From Planctomycetota bacterium (GTDB lineage: Bacteria > Planctomycetota > MHYJ01 > WSZJ01), in the NCBI GenBank assembly GCA_038060895.1, contig JBBTCT010000009.1, forward strand, positions 240,082 through 304,081: 64,000 nt of DNA, written 5' to 3'. Below, one piece after another: positions 45,383 through 54,707 of this stretch; the stretch's first letter is position 1, and each line of letters opens with the position of its first letter. The position numbers and the translations under genes were made by a program. The notes under the pieces were generated by a model. That model was given only the letters and a program-made list of their open reading frames with translations. It made no database searches and had not been told where the DNA came from.

Positions 45383-46386
45383 TCGGCGCTCTTTTCCGCT
45401 TCGGCAATCGACTGCCCGGCGATTTTGACGAAAACGTCCTCGAGGGTGACCTCGTGCTTGGAGAGATTCACGATCTTCCCGCCGAGGGCCGCCATGCGGG
45501 AAAGGGCGCCCGTGAGGGCCGCGTCGTCGGGGAGCGTGAAGCGAACCGTGGTGCGCCCCGCGGCCACGTCCGAATCGAGACGGGAGACTTTCATGTCCGC
45601 GTCCTGTTTCAGCCGTTCGGCCTGGCCGTCCAGTCCGGAAAGCGTCACTTCGAACACGGCGTCCCCGCGGTGCGCCGCAATCAGGTTCAGCGGCGTGTCG
45701 CACGCGCGGATCCGCCCCTGGTAAATAATCGCGACCCGGTCGCAGAGCTCCTGCGCTTCCGCAAGATAGTGCGTCGTCAGGAGAATCGTTCTCGTCCGGT
45801 CCTCGGCCATCCAGTCGCGGATGAAGCCGCGTGCCTGTCGCGCGATGTGCGCGTCGAGCCCCAGCGTCGGCTCGTCGAGAAACAGCACCGACGGCCCGGT
45901 CATAAACCCGCGGATCAGGTTCATTTTCTGCCGCATCCCCGTGGACAACCGGTTGATCTTCGTCCCCGCGTCCTGTGCCAGCCCGTACTGGTCGAGCATC
46001 CGGTCGATGCGGGACAGCGCTTCCTTTGTCGTCAACCCGTAGAGCTGCGAAAACACCCACAGCTGCTCGCGAATCGTCAGGAGCCCGTATCCGCTCGGCT
46101 CGCCGCCGCTCACCATGTTGATTTTCTCACGCACCCGCTCGCAGTCTTTCACGATGTCGAGGCCGCAGACTTCGGCGACGCCTGAGGTCGGAAACAGAAG
46201 CGTGCAGAGGATCTTGATCAGTGTCGTCTTCCCGGCTCCGTTCGGCCCCAGCAGACCGAACAGCTCGCCGGATTGCACTTCGAGATTCACCCCGTCCACG
46301 GCGCGGAACTCGACCGCGGGCGCGCCGCGCTTCGGCGATTTGCGGTAGAGGCGGGTGAGGTCTCGGGTTCGAATGGAGGGGGGCAT
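45379..46386 (-). CDS. ABC transporter ATP-binding protein (DrrA-like)
   Basis: [35 protein letters not shown]. Confidence 0.93.
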   Translation of the reverse strand: MPPSIRTRDLTRLYRKSPKRGAPAVEFRAVDGVNLEVQSGELFGLLGPNGAGKTTLIKILCTLLFPTSGVAEVCGLDIVKDCERVREKINMVSGGEPSGYGLLTIREQLWVFSQLYGLTTKEALSRIDRMLDQYGLAQDAGTKINRLSTGMRQKMNLIRGFMTGPSVLFLDEPTLGLDAHIARQARGFIRDWMAEDRTRTILLTTHYLAEAQELCDRVAIIYQGRIRACDTPLNLIAAHRGDAVFEVTLSGLDGQAERLKQDADMKVSRLDSDVAAGRTTVRFTLPDDAALTGALSRMAALGGKIVNLSKHEVTLEDVFVKIAGQSIAEAEKSAE

Positions 46387-46577
46387 GAAGGCGGCGGATT
46401 GTAAGGCAGCCGGGAGGATTGAGGGTTGTGTGTTGAGGAGCGGGGCAGTCTGGAGTGGGGGCATGGATCCGGATTGATCGCCTGTGGCCCGCAACAGGTT
46501 CGGGGAATCCTGCGGGCTCACGCGAATCTTCCCGCTGCCGTATACAATGGGCGAACTCATTCCACGGAGCCTCCACC

Positions 46578-47354
46578 ATGTCCAAGGGCCTCACCGCCGT
46601 CTCCCTCGTCGTCTCCGCCGGCGCCGTGGCCGGCGTCGTGTTCGCCTCGGCGCAGATGTCACGAGTCGCCGGGTCGCTTGAGAAGGTCGAGGCGCGGCTC
46701 CTGGCGCTCGAAAAAAACCCGTCGACCTCCACTCCCGGGGAATCCCGCGACGCAGAAGGCGGTTCCGGCGGCACGGACGCGCCGCGGTCCGCCGCGTCGA
46801 TCGAGACGCTGGGAGAGGCCATCCTCGAAGTAAGGAAACTGCGCGAAGATGTCGCGATCCTCCAGGATCGCGACCTGGCTCCCGGACAGAAGAACCCGGC
46901 CGCAGGCGACCCCGCTGAAGGAGCGATTTCCCGGGACGAAATCGCAATGCGGAAAGTCGTAGAGGACGTTCTCGCCGCGCGCGAAAAAGAACGCGTCGAA
47001 GCGGACAAGAAGCGCTCCGCGGATTGGGCAAAGGCGCGGCTCGATCGGACTATCAACGACCTGGCCGAACGGCTGCAGCTGTCTTCGACCCAGAAGGAGG
47101 AAGTCGCGAAAATTCTCACGGCCGCTTCAGCCCAACAGCAGGAACTCTGGGCGAATCGCAAGGAAGGCGAGAATCCCTGGGAGAAAATGCAGGCGATCCG
47201 CAAGGAACAGGATGCAGCCGTCAAGCCGCTTCTCACCGGCGAGCAGCAGGTCAAATACGAGGAATACATGAAGGTCGCCGGCGGCCCGAGGAGCTTCTCT
47301 TCAGGTGACGGAGGCGGTGTGTTCGTCCAGCCCGGGGGCGGGCAGCCCCGGTAG
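46578..47354 (+). CDS. Membrane-anchored coiled-coil hypothetical protein (LTxxQ motifs)
   Basis: N-terminal hydrophobic helix; LSSTQ and LTGEQ motifs. Confidence 0.65.
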   Translation: MSKGLTAVSLVVSAGAVAGVVFASAQMSRVAGSLEKVEARLLALEKNPSTSTPGESRDAEGGSGGTDAPRSAASIETLGEAILEVRKLREDVAILQDRDLAPGQKNPAAGDPAEGAISRDEIAMRKVVEDVLAAREKERVEADKKRSADWAKARLDRTINDLAERLQLSSTQKEEVAKILTAASAQQQELWANRKEGENPWEKMQAIRKEQDAAVKPLLTGEQQVKYEEYMKVAGGPRSFSSGDGGGVFVQPGGGQPR

Positions 47355-47372
47355 GGAGCCCGTCATCCACCG

Positions 47373-47400
47373 GCCCGCGCTTCCCGCGCGGGCTTTTTTT
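47373..47400 (+). terminator. Rho-independent terminator
   Basis: gcccgcgc-ttccc-gcgcgggc followed by T7. Confidence 0.85.
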
Positions 47401-47418
47401 ATCTCCGCTTTGCAGGTT

Positions 47419-47437
47419 CTTAATAGTTCCTTAACAG
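47419..47437 (+). promoter_or_regulatory. Candidate Pho box
   Basis: Direct repeats CTTAATAG and CTTAACAG at 11-bp period, 50 nt upstream of pstS. Confidence 0.6.
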
Positions 47438-47487
47438 TCGCGTCCTAACTTCCGTGAAACTTTCTGCAAAGAGAAGGGGAAGACGCG

Positions 47488-48288
47488 ATGAGAACGCTGG
47501 CTCTTGCGGTGTGCGCCGTGGCGGGGATCGTCGGAAGTTGCGGATGTGGCGGACGGACCAGCACGAACCACCTGACGATTGCGGGCTCGACGGCATTCAC
47601 TCCCGTCGCGCAGAAACTGGCGGACGCGTTCAAGGCGAAGCACGCCGGCGTGACGATCGACATCCACTCGGTGGGCTCGATGGTCGGCATCAAGAACGTG
47701 AACGACGGCGCCTGCGACGTGGGAATGGCCGATCTTGCCGATCTGCCCGCCGAAGCCAAAGGGCTCAAGTCCTTCACGGTTTCCCGCGACGGCATCGCCG
47801 TGGTAGTCAATCCGGCGAATCCGGTCTCCGGGCTGGGCATGGACCAGATCGCGAAGATCTTCGACGGGTCGATCACCAACTGGAAAGACGTTGGCGGCGC
47901 AGACAAGTCGATTACGGTCATCTGCCGCGAAGAGAGCAGCGGTTCGCGGAAGACGTTTGACGCTATCGTGAAGGTGAAGGGAAAGGTCACCAAGACCGCC
48001 CAATTTCAGAACTCGAACGGCGCCTGCCGGACGGCGGTCGCGAGCGATCCGAACGCCATTTCCTACGTCACGATGGTCCAGGTCGATGCCTCCGTAAAAT
48101 CGCTCGCGATCGACAAGGTCGCGGCGACCATCGACAGCGTGCGCGAGGGAAAGTACACGATCGCCGCAACGGACTTCCTGCTGACGAAAGGGGAGCCCAC
48201 CGGGCTGGCGAAGGAGTTCATTGATTTCACGCTGAGCGATGAGGGGCAGAAGCTGATCAGGGAATCGGGATTGATCCCTGTGAAATGA
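47488..48288 (+). CDS. pstS: Phosphate ABC transporter substrate-binding protein
   Basis: IAGSTA, GSMVG, DGIAVVVN, REESSGSR; lipoprotein-like N-terminus; operon context. Confidence 0.93.
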   Translation: MRTLALAVCAVAGIVGSCGCGGRTSTNHLTIAGSTAFTPVAQKLADAFKAKHAGVTIDIHSVGSMVGIKNVNDGACDVGMADLADLPAEAKGLKSFTVSRDGIAVVVNPANPVSGLGMDQIAKIFDGSITNWKDVGGADKSITVICREESSGSRKTFDAIVKVKGKVTKTAQFQNSNGACRTAVASDPNAISYVTMVQVDASVKSLAIDKVAATIDSVREGKYTIAATDFLLTKGEPTGLAKEFIDFTLSDEGQKLIRESGLIPVK

Positions 48289-49142
48289 AGCGGGAAGAAG
48301 CCATCCGGCTGACCCTGCTGGGGTTGGCCATGTCGGCGGTGACCGCGCTGGCGGTGATCACGACATTCATCCTGAAGGAAGGGCTTCCCGTGATTTTCCG
48401 CCACGGGCCGGCCTCGTTCCTTTTCGGGTCGGACTGGAGTCCGTCCGCCGAGCCGCCCGTCTTTGGCGTGTTTGCCATGATCGCGGGGACATTTGCCGTG
48501 ACGTTCGGCGCGCTGGGGATCGGGGTTCCCGTTGGGCTGGGCTCCGCAATCTTCCTCTCGGAATTCGCACCGCGCCGGGTCGCTACGATTCTCAAACCCG
48601 CCCTCGAGCTCCTCGCGGGCATTCCCAGCGTCGTCTTCGGGTTTATGGGAATGCTCGTGCTCCTCCCGTTCATCCGGACTCATGTCGGAGGCCAGGGCGC
48701 CTCCGTTCTCGCCGGCTCCACCATCCTGGGCATCATGATCCTCCCGACCGTCATTTCAATCTCGATGGACGCCCTGCGATCCGTTCCTCGCAGCTACCGG
48801 GAAGGTTCCTTCGCCCTGGGCGCGACGGGGTGGCAGACGACCTGGAAGGTCACGCTTCCCGCCGCCCGACCAGGTCTCGTGGCCGCCGTCATTCTCGGAA
48901 TGGGGCGCGCAGTCGGCGAAACCATGGCCGTCATCATGGTGACGGGCAACACGGTCCAGATGCCGAAGTCCTTCCTCGCCCCGGTTCGGACCCTGACCTC
49001 GAACATCGCGCTGGAAATGTCGTACGCCGACGGGGAGCACCGCGAGGCTCTGTTCGCAACCGGCGTCATCCTCTTTGCCATCATCATGGCCCTCAATACC
49101 ATCGCTAACTCCGTCGGCAGGCTGGGGAGGAAGCGCTCGTGA
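48285..49142 (+). CDS. pstC: Phosphate ABC permease
   Basis: ELLAGIPSVVFG, RAVGETMAV, ALFATG. Confidence 0.95.
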   Translation: MKREEAIRLTLLGLAMSAVTALAVITTFILKEGLPVIFRHGPASFLFGSDWSPSAEPPVFGVFAMIAGTFAVTFGALGIGVPVGLGSAIFLSEFAPRRVATILKPALELLAGIPSVVFGFMGMLVLLPFIRTHVGGQGASVLAGSTILGIMILPTVISISMDALRSVPRSYREGSFALGATGWQTTWKVTLPAARPGLVAAVILGMGRAVGETMAVIMVTGNTVQMPKSFLAPVRTLTSNIALEMSYADGEHREALFATGVILFAIIMALNTIANSVGRLGRKRS

Positions 49143-49987
49143 GAGTTCCCCCGAAAGTGGTTCACGTATCGATGCTCGGAGTCCTGTGGACTGTGACGCT
49201 CGCGGCCGTTTTTACGCTCGTCGGGATTGTGGGATGGGTTCTCTGGCACGGACTGCCCGATGTCACGCCGCAATTCCTGTTCTCCATGCCGGCGGAGTCC
49301 GGCGCCGAGGGCGGCATCCTGTCCGTCATCGCCGGGACACTCTTCATCATCGTCGGCGCAGTCCTCGTGGCCACGCCCCTGGGCGTCGGGACGGCGATCT
49401 ACCTCGTCGAGTACACCCGCGAGAACTGGGTGACTCGCGTTATCCGCTACGGCGCCGACTGCCTCGCAGGCATCCCGTCGATCATCTTCGGGCTCTTCGG
49501 GTACGTCTTCTTCGTCATCACGCTCGGCCTCCGCTGGTCCATCCTCTCGGGCGCGCTCACCTTGGCCTTGATGTCCCTCCCGACGATCATCCGGACGGCC
49601 GAAGTCGCCCTTCGCGCCGTGCCCCAGGGGTATCGCGAAGTTTCCTACGCCCTCGGGGCAACCCGCTGGCAGATGGTCCTCCGGGTCGTCCTTCCCGGAG
49701 CGCTCCCGGGAATCGTCACCGGCATCGTCCTGGCCCTGGGAAGGTCCATGTCCGAAACCGCGGCCGTCATCTTCACCGCCGGAACCGTCCTCCCTGACCG
49801 CATCCCGACTTCCACGGGGGACTCCGTCCGCACCCTCGCCGTCCACTTTTACCTCCTCGCCACCGAGGGAACGGCCGGCTCACAGCCCAAGGCCTTCGCG
49901 ACAGCCGCCATCCTCGTTCTCGCCATCCTCGTCATCAACGTCTCCGCCTATACCGCCATGCACCGCTTCCTCGCAAGGTACCGTTGA
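49139..49987 (+). CDS. pstA: Phosphate ABC permease
   Basis: AIYLVEY, LAGIPSIIFGLFG, RSMSETAAV. Confidence 0.95.
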   Translation: MRVPPKVVHVSMLGVLWTVTLAAVFTLVGIVGWVLWHGLPDVTPQFLFSMPAESGAEGGILSVIAGTLFIIVGAVLVATPLGVGTAIYLVEYTRENWVTRVIRYGADCLAGIPSIIFGLFGYVFFVITLGLRWSILSGALTLALMSLPTIIRTAEVALRAVPQGYREVSYALGATRWQMVLRVVLPGALPGIVTGIVLALGRSMSETAAVIFTAGTVLPDRIPTSTGDSVRTLAVHFYLLATEGTAGSQPKAFATAAILVLAILVINVSAYTAMHRFLARYR

Positions 49988-50739
49988 TCCCTCTCCTCGA
50001 AGCACGCGGATTTGGCGTCTCCCTCGGAGGTGCCTCCGTACTCCGGAATGTCGATCTCGCCATGAATCCCAACGAGATCCTCTCGATCATCGGGCCGGCG
50101 GGAAGCGGCAAGACGACCTTCCTGCGTTGCATCAACCGGCTGAGCGACCTGGTGCCAGAAACCCGCGTCGTGGGAAATCTGTCCTTCGAGGGACGGGACG
50201 TTTTCGCACCAGGGACAGACGTCGCCGCCCTGCGCCGCCGCGCCGGAATGGTGTTCGCAGTTCCGAACCCGCTTCCCAGGTCCATTTACGAGAACATCGC
50301 CTTCGGCCCGAGACTGACGGGATTGCGGTCCCGCGACGTCCTCGATGAAATCGTCGAGCGCACCCTGCGCGCGTCGGTGCTGTGGGACGAAGTCAAAGAC
50401 CGGCTGCATACCTCTGGGACGAAACTCTCGGGCGGCCAGCAGCAGCGCCTCTGCCTGGCGCGGACGCTGGCCCTGGGACCGCAGGTGCTTCTCCTCGACG
50501 AGCCGTGCTCGGGACTCGATCCGATATCGACTGCGAAAATCGAGGAAGCGCTTCAGGACCTGAAAAAAACGCTGACCGTCGTGCTCGTGACGAACAACGT
50601 GAAGCAGGCGGCGCGATCGAGCGACCGCACCGCGTTCTTCCTGATGGGAGAAATGGTCGAGATCGGCGTGACGGGGGAGCTGTTTACCCACCCGCGGGAC
50701 AAGCGGACGAACGACTACATCTCGGGGAGGTTCGGGTAA
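49984..50739 (+). CDS. pstB: Phosphate ABC ATPase (copy 1, degenerate Q- and H-loop)
   Basis: GPAGSGKTT, LSGGQQQR, DEPCSGLDP, DYISGRFG. Confidence 0.92.
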   Translation: MIPLLEARGFGVSLGGASVLRNVDLAMNPNEILSIIGPAGSGKTTFLRCINRLSDLVPETRVVGNLSFEGRDVFAPGTDVAALRRRAGMVFAVPNPLPRSIYENIAFGPRLTGLRSRDVLDEIVERTLRASVLWDEVKDRLHTSGTKLSGGQQQRLCLARTLALGPQVLLLDEPCSGLDPISTAKIEEALQDLKKTLTVVLVTNNVKQAARSSDRTAFFLMGEMVEIGVTGELFTHPRDKRTNDYISGRFG

Positions 50740-51485
50740 TGCTGGAGGCCCGTAACCTGAAGCTCTGGTACGGCGACTTCATGGCGCTCAATGGCGTCTC
50801 CATGTCCATCATTCCCAACGCCATCACGGCCATCATCGGTCCGTCCGGCTGCGGCAAGTCGACGCTGCTGCGCTGTTTCAACCGCATGAACGACCTGGTG
50901 GAGGGCTCGCGGACCGAGGGCGAAATCCTCTTCGAGGGCAAGAACATCTATGAGCGCCGCTTCGACATGACGGAGCTTCGGAAGCGCGTCGGAATGGTGT
51001 TCCAGCGCCCGAACCCGTTTCCGCTCACCGTTTTCGACAACGTCGCCTACGGCCCGCGCATCCACGGCCTTGCCACCGGCGACGCGCTCCGGGAAACCGT
51101 CAAGAAGGCGCTCCAGTCGACGCTTCTCTGGGACGAACTCGGCGACAAGCTCGAAGCCCCGGCGCTGTCGCTTTCCGCGGAGCAGCAGCAGCGGCTCTGC
51201 ATCTCCCGGCTGGTCGCTGTCGAGCCCGATGTCCTCCTGATGGACGAGCCGTGTTCGGCGCTGGATCCGATGGCGACGCAGAACATCGAGGAACTGATGC
51301 TAGAATTGAAGAAGCGATTCACGATCGTGATCGTCACCCACAATATGCAACAGGCCGCCCGCGTCAGTGACTTCACCGGGTTCATGCTCCTGGGGGACCT
51401 TGTCGAGTTCGGCGAGACGCAGCAGGTGTTTACGGCGCCTCGCCAGCGGAAGACGGAGGAGTACATCACCGGGAGGTACGGCTAG
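50739..51485 (+). CDS. pstB: Phosphate ABC ATPase (copy 2, degenerate signature motif)
   Basis: ATG overlaps the previous TAA; GPSGCGKST, MVFQRPNPF, VTHNMQQA, EYITGRYG. Confidence 0.95.
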   Translation: MLEARNLKLWYGDFMALNGVSMSIIPNAITAIIGPSGCGKSTLLRCFNRMNDLVEGSRTEGEILFEGKNIYERRFDMTELRKRVGMVFQRPNPFPLTVFDNVAYGPRIHGLATGDALRETVKKALQSTLLWDELGDKLEAPALSLSAEQQQRLCISRLVAVEPDVLLMDEPCSALDPMATQNIEELMLELKKRFTIVIVTHNMQQAARVSDFTGFMLLGDLVEFGETQQVFTAPRQRKTEEYITGRYG

Positions 51486-51487
51486 AG

Positions 51488-52165
51488 ATGAAGCGGCACT
51501 TCGACGAAGAGCTGGCGCAGGTCAAGGAGCGGCTTCTCCGCATGGGGGCCAATGCTGAGAAGATGATCCATCTTTCCGCGAAGGACCTGCTGGCGCGGAC
51601 GGAATCGGACCGGGCGGAGCTGGAGCGGCTCGAGAAGGACGTCAACAGCCTGGAGATGGAAATCGACGACCGGGTCGTCAAGCTGATCGCGCTCCGTCAG
51701 CCGATGGCCACGGACCTGCGCTTCCTGATGATGGCCAGCCGCATCGCGGGCGAGCTGGAGCGGATTGCGGACCAGTCGATCAACATCATCGAGACGACGC
51801 ACTGGTACCTGTCCGGTCCACCGTTGAAGCCGATCATGGATCTGCCGCTGATGGCGGAGATCGTGCAGGAGATGCTGCGGGACTGCCTGGACGCATTTGT
51901 GAGGCAGGACGTGGGGGCGGCGAAGCGGGTGCTGGAGAGCGACGACAAGGTGGACACGTGCAAGAAGCGGATCTTCGACGAGATGATCGCGACGATGGAG
52001 GGCGATCCTCAGACGGTCAGGCGCGGGGTGTGCATCGTGCTGATTTCGCGGAACCTGGAACGGATCGGGGACCACGCGACGAATATTGCGGAAGAAGTCA
52101 TCTACATGGTGGAGGCGCGGGACGTGCGCCACCACCACGGGGAAGAATCGAAGCCAGGGGAATGA
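51488..52165 (+). CDS. phoU: Phosphate signalling protein PhoU
   Basis: QPMATDLR, ERIADQS, ERIGDHATNIAEEVIY. Confidence 0.96.
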   Translation: MKRHFDEELAQVKERLLRMGANAEKMIHLSAKDLLARTESDRAELERLEKDVNSLEMEIDDRVVKLIALRQPMATDLRFLMMASRIAGELERIADQSINIIETTHWYLSGPPLKPIMDLPLMAEIVQEMLRDCLDAFVRQDVGAAKRVLESDDKVDTCKKRIFDEMIATMEGDPQTVRRGVCIVLISRNLERIGDHATNIAEEVIYMVEARDVRHHHGEESKPGE

Positions 52166-52181
52166 AAGGACGGGATGGAGT

Positions 52182-52871
52182 TTGGCGAAAATACTGGTGA
52201 TCGACGACGAAGCAGACCTCGTCACGCTCGTGAAGTTCAACCTCGAAAGGGAGGGCTGGAAGGTCAGGTCCGCAGCGGACGGCGCGTCCGGGCTCGATGC
52301 GGCGAAGCGGGATCTGCCGGACCTGATCCTGCTGGACCTCATGTTGCCCGGAATGGACGGGCTGGAGGTCTGCAAACGGCTTCGTTCGGAGCCGCGGACG
52401 GCGCGCATTCCTGTGATCATGCTCACCGCGAAGGGCGGGGAGTCGGACCGCGTGGTCGGGCTGGAGATGGGCGCCGATGACTACGTCGCGAAACCTTTCA
52501 GCCCACGGGAACTCGTTGCGCGCGTCAAGGCGGTGCTCCGCCGGGCTTCCGGCCCCGCGGAGGGAGAAGACGCGGCAGGGGTTTCCCATGGTGACCTTCA
52601 GCTGGACCCGGGACGGCACGAAGTCCTCGTAAAAGGAAAGCCGGTCACGCTGACCGCCACGGAATTCCGGCTGCTGCATACCCTCCTCAAGCGGCCCGGG
52701 CAGGTCTTTTCGAGAGACCGGCTCATCGACGGCGCCATCGGCGAGGACGCCCACGTCGTCGACCGCACGATCGACGTGCACGTCACCGCGCTTCGCAAGA
52801 AACTCGGAAAGTCCGGCGCCATGATCGAGACGGTCCGTGGCGTCGGCTACCGCGTGAAAGACGAGGGATAG
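52182..52871 (+). CDS. phoB: OmpR/PhoB family response regulator
   Basis: GGAG plus TTG start; ILVIDDE, DLMLP, GADDYVAKPF, RTIDVH, TVRGVGY. Confidence 0.92.
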   Translation: MAKILVIDDEADLVTLVKFNLEREGWKVRSAADGASGLDAAKRDLPDLILLDLMLPGMDGLEVCKRLRSEPRTARIPVIMLTAKGGESDRVVGLEMGADDYVAKPFSPRELVARVKAVLRRASGPAEGEDAAGVSHGDLQLDPGRHEVLVKGKPVTLTATEFRLLHTLLKRPGQVFSRDRLIDGAIGEDAHVVDRTIDVHVTALRKKLGKSGAMIETVRGVGYRVKDEG

Positions 52872-52877
52872 GCTCGC

Positions 52878-54590
52878 ATGCTCACCGACCCCGCGTTCCG
52901 GCGCACCTTTCTTACGGCCGCGCTGCTCTCAGGGGTCGGTATGGCGGCGATAGCGGGAACCCTCTGCTGGCAGCAGGAAACGGCACACGAAATCCTCGTG
53001 CGGTCGAAGATGGCGCACGAGGCCGTGCTCGTTTCCGTGCATTGCTCTACTCGTTTCTTGCCGGCTCAGCCGCGCTTGCTCGAGGCCGAACTCGGCCCCC
53101 TCGCCCGCTCGCTGGGCGCCCGCATCGACGTCTACGACCCGTCGAACGGCAGCGTTCTGGCCTCGGGAGACGCGGGAAGCGGCGTCACGGCGTTCAAGTC
53201 TTCGCCGGCCGGCGGAGATTTTCGCGGCCCGGACGGCGCGGGGCGGGAAGTGGTCTCGGCGACGTTCGGCCCGGTCCCGTTGAACCGGGGCCGGGGGATT
53301 GAAGTGCGGGTCACGCGCCTCGCGGAGGTGGTCGACGCGCCGCTTCGAGAGTCTCAACGCCGGATCGCAGGCGCAGCCGCGGCAGCCTGGATCGCATCTC
53401 TCGCCATTTTCTTCATGGCGTTCTCTTCCATCCACGCGCGCGCAGCTTCGCTCCGGCTCGCGCTCAACGAACCCAAGGCAATCCTCCCGCCAGACCTCGG
53501 CGGCGTCCTCGGCGACATCGCCCGACGGACCGCGGGGCTTCTAGAGGAGTCCCGCGACGTCCAGAAGGACCGAAGCGCGATCCGGACCGAGGCAGACGCG
53601 ATCCTGGGCGGCATGACGGAAGGCGTCATTGCCGTCGACCGCGAGGGGCGCCTGAGGATCGTGAACGCGGCCGCGGCAGAGATCCTGGGGCTGGGCGGGG
53701 GCACGACGCTGGGCCAGCCGATCGGCGGCGTGGTGCGCTTCGAGGGGATCGCCGAAGCCGCCGCCAGGGCCGCGGGCGGGGCAGAACGGACCATCCGGGT
53801 CGACATTCCGGGGCCGCCACCGCGCGTGCTCGAGGTCCATGCGGAGCCGATTCCACAGGCCGGCGGAGCGGTGCTGGTGCTTCGCGATGTTTCGGAGGAA
53901 GCGAAGTACGCGGACATGCGCCGCGATTTCGTCGCGGCGGCATCGCACGAACTTCGGACTCCGATCGCCGTCATCCGGGCCGCCGCGGAAACCCTTCAGG
54001 ACGGCGCGTTGGAGCAGCCGGCACAGGCGAAGCAATTCCTCGACTCGATTCACCGGCACGCGCTGTCGATGGAAGCCCTGATCAAGGACCTGCTCGACCT
54101 GGGCAAGCTCGAGTCGCGCCCGGACCTGACGCTGCGCCCGACCGACGTCGCGCAGGTGCTGGACCGCGCGGTCGCGCTTCATGAGCCGGAGGCGAAGAAG
54201 CGCCGCCACGAAATCAAGGTTGCTGCGGCGGACACCCTTCCGCGCCTCATCGCCGATGCATCCCTCCTGGAGCGGGCCTTCTCGAACATTGTGGAAAACG
54301 CGGTCCGGTACACGCCGGACGAAGGGAAGATCTCTATCCGCGTGACGGCTGAGGGCGACAAGGTGCGGGTCGAGATTGAGGACACGGGGGCCGGAATCCC
54401 GGAGAAGGAACTCAAGAGGATCTTCGAGAGGTTCTATCGCGTCGACCGTTCGCGCTCACGGGAGCAGGGCGGCACCGGTCTCGGGCTCGCGATCGTGAAG
54501 CACGTTGTTCAGCTGCACAAAGGCGAGGTGTGGGCTGAGAGTGGGGCGGGGAAGGGAGCGAAATTCATCGTGGTACTGCCCGGGATCTAA
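52878..54590 (+). CDS. phoR: PhoR-like sensor histidine kinase (PAS, HisKA, HATPase)
   Basis: Two TMs, PAS, SHELRTP, ENAVRY, FERFYRVDRSRSREQGGTGLGL. Confidence 0.92.
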   Translation: MLTDPAFRRTFLTAALLSGVGMAAIAGTLCWQQETAHEILVRSKMAHEAVLVSVHCSTRFLPAQPRLLEAELGPLARSLGARIDVYDPSNGSVLASGDAGSGVTAFKSSPAGGDFRGPDGAGREVVSATFGPVPLNRGRGIEVRVTRLAEVVDAPLRESQRRIAGAAAAAWIASLAIFFMAFSSIHARAASLRLALNEPKAILPPDLGGVLGDIARRTAGLLEESRDVQKDRSAIRTEADAILGGMTEGVIAVDREGRLRIVNAAAAEILGLGGGTTLGQPIGGVVRFEGIAEAAARAAGGAERTIRVDIPGPPPRVLEVHAEPIPQAGGAVLVLRDVSEEAKYADMRRDFVAAASHELRTPIAVIRAAAETLQDGALEQPAQAKQFLDSIHRHALSMEALIKDLLDLGKLESRPDLTLRPTDVAQVLDRAVALHEPEAKKRRHEIKVAAADTLPRLIADASLLERAFSNIVENAVRYTPDEGKISIRVTAEGDKVRVEIEDTGAGIPEKELKRIFERFYRVDRSRSREQGGTGLGLAIVKHVVQLHKGEVWAESGAGKGAKFIVVLPGI

Positions 54591-54707
54591 CAAACGGCGC
54601 TTCCGGGATTCTCCCTGGTCGCCATCGCTGGGGCCTTTTTCTTCCGACCAGAGCCCTCCTGGGTTCATCCTCTGTCCTGCGGTTTCTGATGCAGGACATG
54701 TCCGGAT

